A stretch of 64,000 nt of DNA from Thainema sp. (GTDB lineage: Bacteria; Cyanobacteriota; Cyanobacteriia; Phormidesmidales; Phormidesmidaceae): positions 32,001 through 96,000 of the forward strand of contig JBQLZK010000004.1 of assembly GCA_052168235.1 (NCBI GenBank), in the 5' to 3' direction. Numbering within the stretch: position 1 is the stretch's first letter; every line of letters starts with the position of its first letter. The notes beneath the pieces were generated by a model. That model saw nothing but the letters and a program-made list of their open reading frames with translations, did not search any database and was not told the DNA's origin. Below, piece after piece: positions 49,480 through 58,361 of this stretch. The translations under genes were made by a program, and so were the position numbers.

Positions 49480-49851
49480 ATGGCCTCTTCTTCTCCTTCC
49501 ATCGAATTTTTTGACAATGTGCCTGAAGAGCTCAGTGGCATCAGTCTGCGCCGGAACCGAAGCACTGGCGTTCGTGTTGCTGTGATGATGTTTGAGCAGT
49601 TGGCCTCGTTGGAGCGCTTTAACAGCTTTACCAAGCGGTTTTCGAAAACGATGCGGCTGACGGATGAAGAAGGGGAAATTAATGTAGAGCCTTCGGGGAT
49701 GCAGTTTATTTTTGGTGGGCCGGAGGGTGATGAGCTTCAGCGGGTTGAGTGCAAAATCGAGATTGACCGCGATGATCACTGGGAGCGGTTGATGCGGTTT
49801 ATGCACCGCTATGCTGAGGCCAATGGGATGGCCTATGGAGAGGATTTGTAA
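49480..49851 (+). CDS. psb28: Photosystem II Psb28 family protein (Psb28-2-like)
   Basis: PSIEFF...PEELS, MRLTDEEGEI, WERLMRFMHRYAEANGM. Confidence 0.92.
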   Translation: MASSSPSIEFFDNVPEELSGISLRRNRSTGVRVAVMMFEQLASLERFNSFTKRFSKTMRLTDEEGEINVEPSGMQFIFGGPEGDELQRVECKIEIDRDDHWERLMRFMHRYAEANGMAYGEDL

Positions 49852-49991
49852 CGAAGGTTGCTGAAGTGGCCTAGTCCCCTCAGGCTCTCCCGATGGTACG
49901 TTCCGCTGCCTCAGGCCCCCACGGATCAGGTGATCGGTGGGGGTTGTTAGATCGCTTCGCTTTGCTGGGGTGGGCGTTTCGCCCAGTTGGT

Positions 49992-52280
49992 CTAGAGTTT
50001 GCGATTAAATTTAGCTTGGAGGTCTTGCAGGCTCGTCTGTGACTGCTGCTTAGACTGCTTTCCGCCCGACTTCTTCTTCCCCGATGGTCGAGGGGTAGAC
50101 GACTGTCCCGCATCCTGCGATCGCATTGACAGGCTAATCCGGCTCAGCTTTTCGTTGACTTCCAGTACGCGCACTTTCACCACCTGACCCACTTTGACGA
50201 TGTCATTGGGATCTTTAACAAAGCGGTCAGCGAGTTGGGAAATATGCACCAGGCCATCTTGGTGAACGCCGATGTCCACGAATGCGCCAAAGTTAGCCAC
50301 GTTGGTCACGACGCCTTCCAGCTCAATGCCCGGCTTTAGGTCAGACATTTCGGTGATACTGGCGTCAAACGTGGCGTAGGTAAACTGCTCACGCGGATCG
50401 CGTCCGGGCTTTTCCAGTTCCGCCAGGATATCGCGCAGGGTTGGTTCACCTACGGTGTCGGTGACGTATTGCTTCAGGTTGATTTTTTGGAGGCGCTCGC
50501 GGTGTTTGGAGATGTCTGTCAGTGGCAGTGCCAGATCCGTTGCGATCGCTTGCACCACGTCGTAGCTTTCGGGGTGCACAGCGGTATTGTCCAAGGGATT
50601 TTCGCCATCGCGAATCCGCAGGAATCCGGCAGACTGTTCAAACGCTTTTGGCCCCAGCTTAGTCACTTTCAGTAACTGCTTACGATTTTTAAACGCGCCG
50701 TTTTCATTGCGGTAGGCGACGATGTTGTTGGCAACGGTAGACGATAGGCCGGATACCGACGTGAGCAATTCTTTCGATGCAGTGTTGAGGTCAACGCCCA
50801 CATAGTTGACGCAGCTTTCGACCGTTTCCTCTAGCTTTTTCTTCAGCAGCTTTTGGTCAACGTCGTGCTGATACTGGCCGACACCGATGGATTTGGGGTC
50901 AATCTTGACCAGTTCCGCCAGTGGATCTTGCAAGCGGCGGGCAATGCTGATGGCACCCCGCACGGTGATGTCCAAGTCAGGGAATTCTGCGATCGCAACT
51001 TTACTGGCCGAGTAAACCGACGCGCCGGATTCGTTCACCATCACCTTAATCGGCGGCTTGTCCAGCGTTTTCAGTACGTCTGCTACGAAGGCATCGGTTT
51101 CGCGGCCAGCCGTACCGTTACCAATGGCGATCAGGCCGATCTTGTGATTCTGAATAAACTGCTTCAGCGTTTTCGCCGCCTGCTCTTTCTGCGCGTTGGA
51201 ACCATGCGGGAAAATGGCCTGATATTCCAAAAATTTGCCCGTTTCGTCCACTGCCGCCACTTTACAGCCCGTGCGGAAACCGGGGTCAATGCCCAGCGTC
51301 GGCTTCATGCCTGCCGGAGGAGCAAGCAGCAGATTGCGCAAATTGGCCTCGAAGGTTTCAATTGACTCGTCGTCGGCCCAGGCTTTCTTCTCGGCAGTCA
51401 CTTCGCTGGTGAGGGAGTTCTTCATCAAGCGATTTAGGGCATCCTGCACCATTGCTCGGTAGAAACTACGCAGCGTTTTGTCCCTGGTGCGAATCGTTTC
51501 CGACTCCAGGTAATCCAGCACCTCGGCTTCATCAAACGCCAGATCGAGCTTCAGAACGCCTTCCTTCTCGCCCCGCAGCAGCGCCAGTACGTTATGGGGC
51601 GCAATCGTTTTCACGGGGTTCTGGAACTGACGGTACATTTCGTACTTGGTCGTGCCCTCGGGATAGTCGGCCTTGATGCGCGACTCGAACTGACCTTGAT
51701 TCAGCAAATAGTGGCGCACGTAGGCTCGCAAATCGGCTCGTTCGGCCACCGCTTCCGCCAAAATATCCGATGCGCCCTGCAACGCTGCAGCGGCATCCGG
51801 CACATCCTGTTCGGGATCGACATATTTCGCCGCTTCGGCTTCCAAGTTGATCTGGGAAACCTGAGGCTGATTCTGCGCTTCGATCCAATCCGCCAGCGGT
51901 TCCAAGCCCCGCTCTTTCGCGATCGTGGCGCGGGTGCGGCGCTTCGGCTTATAGGGTAAGTACAGATCTTCTAGCTCGGTTTTCTGCTGGCAGGCTTCAA
52001 TCTGGGCCTTCAGCTCATCGGTCAGCTTGCCCTGCTCGGCAATGGATTTGAGAATCGTCTGCCGCCGATCTTCCAGTTCCGTCAGATACGCATAGCGATC
52101 GGCCAAGTCTCGCAGTTGCGTCTCGTCCATTTCCCCCGTGCGCTCTTTCCGGTAACGGGCGATGAAGGGAACGGTTGCCCCTTCGGCAAATAGCGCTAGG
52201 GCGTTTTCTACCTGATGGGGACGCAGGGACAGTTCAGTTGCAAGCTGTTGGACAAATTGCACAGATTGGGACATAGCCAA
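49992..52280 (-). CDS. tex: Tex family RNA-binding transcriptional accessory protein
   Basis: GATVPFIARYRKE, GIDPGFRTGCK, KSIGVGQYQHDV, C-terminal S1 domain. Confidence 0.97.
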   Translation of the reverse strand: MAMSQSVQFVQQLATELSLRPHQVENALALFAEGATVPFIARYRKERTGEMDETQLRDLADRYAYLTELEDRRQTILKSIAEQGKLTDELKAQIEACQQKTELEDLYLPYKPKRRTRATIAKERGLEPLADWIEAQNQPQVSQINLEAEAAKYVDPEQDVPDAAAALQGASDILAEAVAERADLRAYVRHYLLNQGQFESRIKADYPEGTTKYEMYRQFQNPVKTIAPHNVLALLRGEKEGVLKLDLAFDEAEVLDYLESETIRTRDKTLRSFYRAMVQDALNRLMKNSLTSEVTAEKKAWADDESIETFEANLRNLLLAPPAGMKPTLGIDPGFRTGCKVAAVDETGKFLEYQAIFPHGSNAQKEQAAKTLKQFIQNHKIGLIAIGNGTAGRETDAFVADVLKTLDKPPIKVMVNESGASVYSASKVAIAEFPDLDITVRGAISIARRLQDPLAELVKIDPKSIGVGQYQHDVDQKLLKKKLEETVESCVNYVGVDLNTASKELLTSVSGLSSTVANNIVAYRNENGAFKNRKQLLKVTKLGPKAFEQSAGFLRIRDGENPLDNTAVHPESYDVVQAIATDLALPLTDISKHRERLQKINLKQYVTDTVGEPTLRDILAELEKPGRDPREQFTYATFDASITEMSDLKPGIELEGVVTNVANFGAFVDIGVHQDGLVHISQLADRFVKDPNDIVKVGQVVKVRVLEVNEKLSRISLSMRSQDAGQSSTPRPSGKKKSGGKQSKQQSQTSLQDLQAKFNRKL

Positions 52281-52375
52281 ATCACGTTAAACCAAATCGA
52301 GTTGCCTGGATCATTTTAGACGCTGACAGGAGTTTGCTAGGATAATTCAGCTCCAGCATTTTATTAGGTAGTGTT

Positions 52376-52858
52376 TTGAAACCCAAAACAGTAGAAGCGC
52401 GATCGCACTTACCGATTATTGGCTGGCGAGAATGGTTGGCGCTGCCGGATCTTGGAATTGCTGCAATCAAGGTCAAAATTGACACAGGTGCTCGTTCTTC
52501 TGCGCTACATGCGTTTGATATTCATTCGTTTGAGCAAGATGGGCAAACTATATTGCGGTTCAAAATCCATCCCTTCCAGCGCAACACGCAGCAAACCATC
52601 GTAGCTGAAGCGCCTCTGCTGGATCAGCGCGAGGTGCGGAACTCCGGGGGACATGCCGAACTGCGACCCGTAATCTCAACCACCGTACAGACTCGCAATC
52701 AGCAGTGGCCCATTGAACTCACCTTGACGAATCGCGATGTCATGGGCTTCCGTATGCTGCTGGGTCGGCAAGCCGTGCGCGATCGCTTTTTAGTGGATGC
52801 GGGAGCGTCCTATCTCCAGGGCCATGCACCAAAGGTGGAGCAGAGGAGCCTGGAGTAA
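52376..52858 (+). CDS. RimK-associated retropepsin-like protease (RimB-like)
   Basis: IIGWREW, KIDTGARSSALHA, LTNRDVMGFRMLLGR. Confidence 0.9.
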   Translation: MKPKTVEARSHLPIIGWREWLALPDLGIAAIKVKIDTGARSSALHAFDIHSFEQDGQTILRFKIHPFQRNTQQTIVAEAPLLDQREVRNSGGHAELRPVISTTVQTRNQQWPIELTLTNRDVMGFRMLLGRQAVRDRFLVDAGASYLQGHAPKVEQRSLE

Positions 52859-53050
52859 GGGATAGGTGTGTGAAGGGCTGGGTGGCTGTAAAGAGCTGTA
52901 AAGGCTGCAAAGGGCGATACTGTAGGGTGTGTTGAGCACAGCGAAACGCACCGCACTCAACGCTTAATGATCTGAACAGAAACGTTTCCTTCAGCGGATT
53001 TGCTGTTAGCTGACAGATATATCTAAAAATTTACTTATTCAATTTCACAG

Positions 53051-53956
53051 ATGAAAATTGCGATTTTATCTCAGGATGCCCAGCTCTACTCAACTCGGCG
53101 GCTCAAGGAAGCTGGCGAGGAACGGGGTCATGATGTGCAGGTGATTGATTATTTGCGCTGCTATATGAACATCACCTCTCATAAGCCGCTGGTGATCTAT
53201 CAGGGGAAGCCGCTGGAGGGCATTGATGCCGTAATTCCTCGGATTGGGGCGTCTAAGACGTTCTATGGCACCGCAGTAGTGCGGCAGTTTGAGGTGATGG
53301 GTGTTTTTACCACGAATGAGTCCCAGGCCATTTCGCGATCGCGGGATAAGTTGCGCTGTTTACAAATTTTGGCGCGTAAAGGGATTGGTCTGCCTGTGAC
53401 GGGTTTTGCCCATTCCACCAAAGATATTGATGGCCTGATCGACATCGTGGGCGGTGCGCCGATGGTGATTAAGCTACTGGAAGGGACGCAGGGGATTGGC
53501 GTGGTGCTGGCGGAAACGACTCAGGCGGCAACGTCGGTGATTGAGGCATTCCGTGGGATGGATGCCAATATTTTGGTGCAGGAATACATTAAGGAAGCGG
53601 GTGGTATGGATATCCGCTGCTTCGTGATTGGCGATAAAGTAATTGCCTCCATGAAGCGGCAGGGCGCACCAGGCGAGTTCCGCTCCAATCTGCACCGGGG
53701 CGGATCGGCCTCTAAGATTAAGCTGACGCCGGAGGAGCGCAGCACGGCTGTTCGAGCCGCTAAAGCAATGGGGTTGCGCATTGCTGGGGTCGATATTCTG
53801 CGTTCCAATCATGGCCCGGTGGTCATGGAGGTGAATTCCTCACCAGGTCTGGAGGGGATTGAAAAAGCAACGGGTATAGACGTGGCTGGTAAGATTATCG
53901 AATTTCTAGAGAAGAATGCGGCCAGTGGGACAAATAAGGATCGCGTTCCTTACTAA
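53051..53956 (+). CDS. rimK: Ribosomal protein S6--L-glutamate ligase
   Basis: [48 protein letters not shown]. Confidence 0.97.
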   Translation: MKIAILSQDAQLYSTRRLKEAGEERGHDVQVIDYLRCYMNITSHKPLVIYQGKPLEGIDAVIPRIGASKTFYGTAVVRQFEVMGVFTTNESQAISRSRDKLRCLQILARKGIGLPVTGFAHSTKDIDGLIDIVGGAPMVIKLLEGTQGIGVVLAETTQAATSVIEAFRGMDANILVQEYIKEAGGMDIRCFVIGDKVIASMKRQGAPGEFRSNLHRGGSASKIKLTPEERSTAVRAAKAMGLRIAGVDILRSNHGPVVMEVNSSPGLEGIEKATGIDVAGKIIEFLEKNAASGTNKDRVPY

Positions 53957-54023
53957 ATTGTCCTCGACAGTTAATGATTGTTTTGATTATCTGTGAAGAG
54001 CTTGCTATGCGAGCCTTTCACAG

Positions 54024-55040
54024 ATGATCGTTCCGGAAATAATGTCTGATATTGCTCCAACTCACTTAGAACCGATTCTGACCATCAGCGGCACAACCGT
54101 TTTGCCCGGAAAAAAGCAGCGGTTGGAAATTCCGATTGCTCGCCTGCCGACCCAAACCATGCTGTCTCTACCCGTGACGGTGGTTACAGGGCTACGACCT
54201 GGCCCACGACTGTGGCTGAGTGCCGCCATTCACGGTGACGAACTGAACGGAGTAGATATTATCCGGCGGGTGCTGGGCAAAATCGCTCCTGGCTACCTAA
54301 ACGGCACAGTTATTGCCGCGCCCATCGTCAACGTATTTGGCTTTATCGAACAGTCACGCTATTTGCCTGACCGCCGCGATTTAAACCGTTCCTTTCCCGG
54401 CTCGCCACGAGGATCACTCGCGGCCCGACTGGCCCATCTGTTTATGAAAGAAGTGGTCAACCAGTGTACCCACGGCATTGACCTACATACGGCAGCTTAT
54501 CACCGCACCAATTTGCCGCAAATTCGGGCCGATCTGCGCGATGAGCAGACCCGAAAATGCGCGATCGCATTTGGCGCTCCTTTGATGATGCAGTCTGCCG
54601 TACGCGACGGGTCGCTGCGTCAAGCTGCTGCCCAGAAAAGGATTCCAGTATTACTCTACGAAGCGGGAGAAGCACTGCGATTCGACGACGATGCGATCGC
54701 AGTTGGCGTCACAGGCATTATGCGCGTGATGAAAGCGCTGAACATGTACGACTCTGAGGTAGAACTGAGCACTAATCCCCCCGTAGCAGTGGACAAAAGC
54801 CAGTGGGTACGCGCTTCCCACAGCGGCATTCTGCACCTGACGGTGAATCTGGGCGACTGGGTGGGCAAACGACAGCAAATTGCGCTGATCAGCGATGCCT
54901 TTGGCGACAAAACCTTTGAGGTACTGGCCCCCACCGATGGTATTGTGATCGGCTGCACCCGCAACCCACTGGTGAACCAGGGTGACGGCATCGTCAATCT
55001 TGCGATCGCGCATCGCAGCGACCTCAATGCCAATCTGTAG
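54024..55040 (+). CDS. Succinylglutamate desuccinylase/aspartoacylase (M14-like) family protein
   Basis: AAIHGDELNG, RDLNRSFPG, GIDLHT, LYEAGE. Confidence 0.93.
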   Translation: MIVPEIMSDIAPTHLEPILTISGTTVLPGKKQRLEIPIARLPTQTMLSLPVTVVTGLRPGPRLWLSAAIHGDELNGVDIIRRVLGKIAPGYLNGTVIAAPIVNVFGFIEQSRYLPDRRDLNRSFPGSPRGSLAARLAHLFMKEVVNQCTHGIDLHTAAYHRTNLPQIRADLRDEQTRKCAIAFGAPLMMQSAVRDGSLRQAAAQKRIPVLLYEAGEALRFDDDAIAVGVTGIMRVMKALNMYDSEVELSTNPPVAVDKSQWVRASHSGILHLTVNLGDWVGKRQQIALISDAFGDKTFEVLAPTDGIVIGCTRNPLVNQGDGIVNLAIAHRSDLNANL

Positions 55041-55106
55041 GGGCGATGCATTTGGGCAAATGTTGGTATCACGAGCGTAATATGTCGGCCAAATGCATCG
55101 CCCCTA
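55037..55106. repeat. GTAG-family REP doublet
   Basis: TAGGGGCGATGCATTTGG...CCAAATGCATCGCCCCTA (18-bp arms); the upstream gene's TAG stop lies in the GTAG. Confidence 0.85.
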
Positions 55107-55238
55107 AGGAGTACCGAACATGAATGGTTGCGTTGAAATTGCAGCATATCGGCCAAATGCATGCCCTCCACGCATGATTTAATTTGGAACGGAATAAACA
55201 CGTTAAAGTAGAACTACAGCCATCTCTATAAATGGCTA

Positions 55239-55592
55239 ATGCCGTACACATCAAAAATGGTGGTTGCTGCAATGAACCAAATTTTGCCGCGCTTTGTGCG
55301 TTCTCTCTACCGTCGGGAGCCAGTTACCAGCATTCTGATTACGATGGGTGCCACCGATGCCGCCATCGGCGGGTTGAATAATCGCGTCATGCTGATGTCC
55401 TTTGGCTTAGCTTTAGTCGGCGTGACTGTACTGCTGCGGTTCCTCCAGTCCCAGCGTCAGAAGTCCCAGCCCCAGCTACCGATTCAGCCGAAAGCGAAAC
55501 CCCAGCTTTTCTTACCGGATCGACAGGCCCCCCAGCCGATTCATTTAGAAGTCAAGACCGATGTGCGATCGCAACCCCGCCGCCGTCCCTAG
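55239..55592 (+). CDS. Conserved hypothetical membrane protein
   Basis: YRREPVTSILITMGATDAAIGG plus TM; start may be slightly downstream. Confidence 0.75.
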   Translation: MPYTSKMVVAAMNQILPRFVRSLYRREPVTSILITMGATDAAIGGLNNRVMLMSFGLALVGVTVLLRFLQSQRQKSQPQLPIQPKAKPQLFLPDRQAPQPIHLEVKTDVRSQPRRRP

Positions 55593-55692
55593 TTGGCATT
55601 TATGTGGGGGCGAATGGCCATTTGCCCCTACAACGCAACGCAATGTCAGCCTAAAGATGGCAGGATAGGGAAGCGCAGATTTCAGTTTGCTT

Positions 55693-56415
55693 ATGCTCGG
55701 TCTTGCTTTACATACCGCTAGCCCGGAATTGGGACTAGCCGTGGGTGATGGAACTACAGAGGTGCGATCGCAGGTTTGGCCGCTGGCGCGAGAATTGTCG
55801 AGCCAGTTGCACTCCTATTTAGTTGAGTTTCTGCAACCCCACTCGTTTCAGGATGTGGGTTTTGTGGCAGTAGCCAGAGGCCCTGGCGGATTTACCGGAA
55901 CGCGGATTGGCGTGGTTACGGCTCGTACACTGGCGCAACAGCTTGACGTGCCACTCTATGGTGTTTCGACGCTGGCGGCTGTGGCTTGGCAAATTTTCAA
56001 CCAGATGGAGATGGATGCTAAACCGTCACCGCCGGATATTGCGATTCAAATGCCTGCTCAGCGGGGTGAGTGGTTTACGGCGATTTATCGGATTCAGTCC
56101 GGCGAGAGGACTCGTGTTGGTGATCAGTCTGAGGAGTTGGGAGGGGGAGCCGGGGAGCAAGGGGGGCAAATTGTAGTTGCCCAATCGCCTGATGCGGTGA
56201 TGAAGCTGACGGATTGGCAGCAGTTGCTTGAACAGTGGCCTCATCCTTATTATTTGCATCAAATTCCAGCCGCTGCGGGGTTGGGTGATACGGTGACGGG
56301 CATATTTGCGATCGCGCAGCATCAGTATCGGGCTGGGATTCGGCCCCACTGGTCTGAAGTGACGCCATTTTATGGTCAGCATCCCGTCCAGTCGCCAACG
56401 TCAGAAAATGCTTAA
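55693..56415 (+). CDS. tsaB: tRNA threonylcarbamoyladenosine biosynthesis protein TsaB
   Basis: LALHTASPELG, VARGPGGFTGTRIGV, ARTLAQQL, PFYGQHPV. Confidence 0.93.
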   Translation: MLGLALHTASPELGLAVGDGTTEVRSQVWPLARELSSQLHSYLVEFLQPHSFQDVGFVAVARGPGGFTGTRIGVVTARTLAQQLDVPLYGVSTLAAVAWQIFNQMEMDAKPSPPDIAIQMPAQRGEWFTAIYRIQSGERTRVGDQSEELGGGAGEQGGQIVVAQSPDAVMKLTDWQQLLEQWPHPYYLHQIPAAAGLGDTVTGIFAIAQHQYRAGIRPHWSEVTPFYGQHPVQSPTSENA

Positions 56416-56611
56416 AAATCGGCAAAACTTGTCACTTTTCACAGATAGACTTTAGTTTGAATAGCAGATAGTCAATAGCGCTGTTTTCAAGGCAACTAAG
56501 TCAGTTTTTCCAGGATATTGAACCGCTTTTTCCAGGAGTCAATGTTACTGTTAATGAGGTAGGCAGACAGCCTATTAACCTACAGTTACAGAATATTCGT
56601 CATAGCGGTCT

Positions 56612-57496
56612 ATGTTTCAGTGTGCTCTCATCTGCACGGACTTTACGGATGGTTTACACCGTTTAGTCAACGTTGTCCCCAGTCTGTCTGAGGCTGGGCT
56701 GAAAAAAGTGATCTTTTTCCACAATGCTTCGTTTATTAAAGATCGCGAAATACCCAGTGTGGATGAAGAAGCGGCAGAAATTGCGCGTCAACGCTTAATG
56801 GTGGCAGTTGAAAAAGCTCCCGCTGGACTAGAGGTGCAGGTGATTGTCAGAGCTGGGCGACCGATTGATAACATCCTGCAATTGGCCAATGAGCACGCTG
56901 CCGACATTATCCTGCTGGGGATGCCAAGCCGGAGCTTGCTGAACGAAAAGCTATTCGGCAGTACGACAATGGGGTTGGCTCAGCGTACCAGTATTCCGCT
57001 AATGACGCTGCGTCCACAACTGGTTTCAACCTATACGACCGAGGAGCTAGAGCTGCGCTGTCGGCACCTATTTCGCTTCTTTTTGGTGCCCTATGACGAC
57101 AGCAAAGCGGCTCAGTATTTAGTGAAACGCCTGCAAGATCAGTTTGCTACTCACCCCAATCCAGTTTTGCAAGAATGCTTGCTGTACTGGGTGGTTGAAG
57201 AAGGGGGACGGCGCGAACTGCGGGGTGAAACTCGCATGCAGGACGCGAGAAACCACTTGCGCAACGTGCAGCAACAGTTTGCCAATGCTGTAAATATCAA
57301 GGTGAATGCAGAAGTGGTGCTGGGCGACCGGGTTGCGAAAACCTTGGAAGCGGCCAATGAGTATGACATCAGTGCGATCGCAACTTCGTCTGACAGTCTC
57401 GGTAAGCTCCTAGAGTGGTCGGTGCCCAGCTTTACGGGCGAAATTCTACGCAAGAGCTGGCACCCAGTGATTTATTTCCCGCCCGGTCGCGATTAG
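56612..57496 (+). CDS. Universal stress protein (tandem Usp domains)
   Basis: ALICTDFTDG, LFGSTT, FLVPYDDS, SWHPVIYFP. Confidence 0.9.
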   Translation: MFQCALICTDFTDGLHRLVNVVPSLSEAGLKKVIFFHNASFIKDREIPSVDEEAAEIARQRLMVAVEKAPAGLEVQVIVRAGRPIDNILQLANEHAADIILLGMPSRSLLNEKLFGSTTMGLAQRTSIPLMTLRPQLVSTYTTEELELRCRHLFRFFLVPYDDSKAAQYLVKRLQDQFATHPNPVLQECLLYWVVEEGGRRELRGETRMQDARNHLRNVQQQFANAVNIKVNAEVVLGDRVAKTLEAANEYDISAIATSSDSLGKLLEWSVPSFTGEILRKSWHPVIYFPPGRD

Positions 57497-57551
57497 ACGT
57501 ATTTGACCGTTGCGTCTAACAAACCTCAAAGAGGAAATTTTGCCGCCACAA

Positions 57552-57689
57552 GTACTTGTTTAGCGCAATACTCTGATAGATCCCCCTAAATCCCCCTTAA
57601 AAAGGGGAACTTTGAGCTAGTGGTGGTATAGCCCCTTTTTCAAGGGGGCGGCGACAGCTGGGGATCGTACAACTACGCTAAACACATAC
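57552..57689. mobile_element. 138-bp MITE inserted in a family-C palindrome
   Basis: TIRs GTACTTGTTTAGCG / CGCTAAACACATAC (12/14); flanking CGCCACAA / CGCCGCAA 8-bp duplication. Confidence 0.75.
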
Positions 57690-57805
57690 CGCCGCAATGC
57701 GGCGGCAAAATCCCCTCTTTGGGTTTTCGGACGAGTTTGAAGTTTGTCTATACCAGCCTGCTGAGGTTGCAAAGCTTTCTTGAAGAATCCGTGATTTTCC
57801 GGACG

Positions 57806-57835
57806 CTTAAATGTTCCTTTACCTGAAATTCATAA
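57806..57835 (+). promoter_or_regulatory. Candidate cyanobacterial Pho box (SphR site)
   Basis: CTTAAATG-N3-CTTTACCT-N3-ATTCATAA with 11-bp period, upstream of phosphatase and nuclease genes; third repeat weak. Confidence 0.5.
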
Positions 57836-57941
57836 CTTCTTGATGTCAACCCCCTAAAGTCGTCAGGGAGTTAGTTGAAGTTGAAGCTGAGTGTTTGTCC
57901 GCCTTGCGGGCGCAGGCTCTGTACAGTCTGCATGTAATATC

Positions 57942-58034
57942 AAGTCCGCGTATAAGAACCCAATTTATTTTTTGTGAAATGCTTGCTAAGCAAGCATTTC
58001 ACAAAAAATAAACCGTGGGTTTTCAACCGGATTT
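57942..58034 (+). repeat. Family-A palindromic element
   Basis: AAGTCCG...AACCC, 23-bp perfect arms (57964-58012) with TAA loop, GGGTTTT...CGGATTT. Confidence 0.88.
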
Positions 58035-58143
58035 TGTATAAAGGGAACGTCCTGCGAGTGCGATCGCATTCCGGAAATGTACGGATTTTGTCGCTCAGTG
58101 ATATGAATGCTTCTGGGGTGCTGCTTGTGTGTATCGCTAATAC

Positions 58144-58237
58144 GAAGTCCGCTCATAAAAACCAGTTTTTATTTTCATGAAAGTTAGGCGTAGCCTAACT
58201 TTCATGAAAATAGTTCGGGTTCTTTATAGTCGGATTC
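58144..58237 (-). repeat. Family-A palindromic element
   Basis: GAAGTCCG...CGGATTC termini; 20-bp perfect arms (58170-58212) with GTA loop. Confidence 0.85.
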
Positions 58238-58361
58238 GGCATAAGATGCACTGCGACCGATCACGATAACAACAAACAATCATGCCTGCGCTCAGACAGA
58301 GACAGACGCTGCTAACTCCAGATTCATTTGCAGTCGTCCATTTCCATTATTTGAGGTACGC

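Noticed and set aside
58183..58199. GTTAGGC-GTA-GCCTAAC as a second attC
   Set aside because: The boxes are in the reverse order, only 3 nt apart and lack L boxes; this is the apex of a family-A palindrome.
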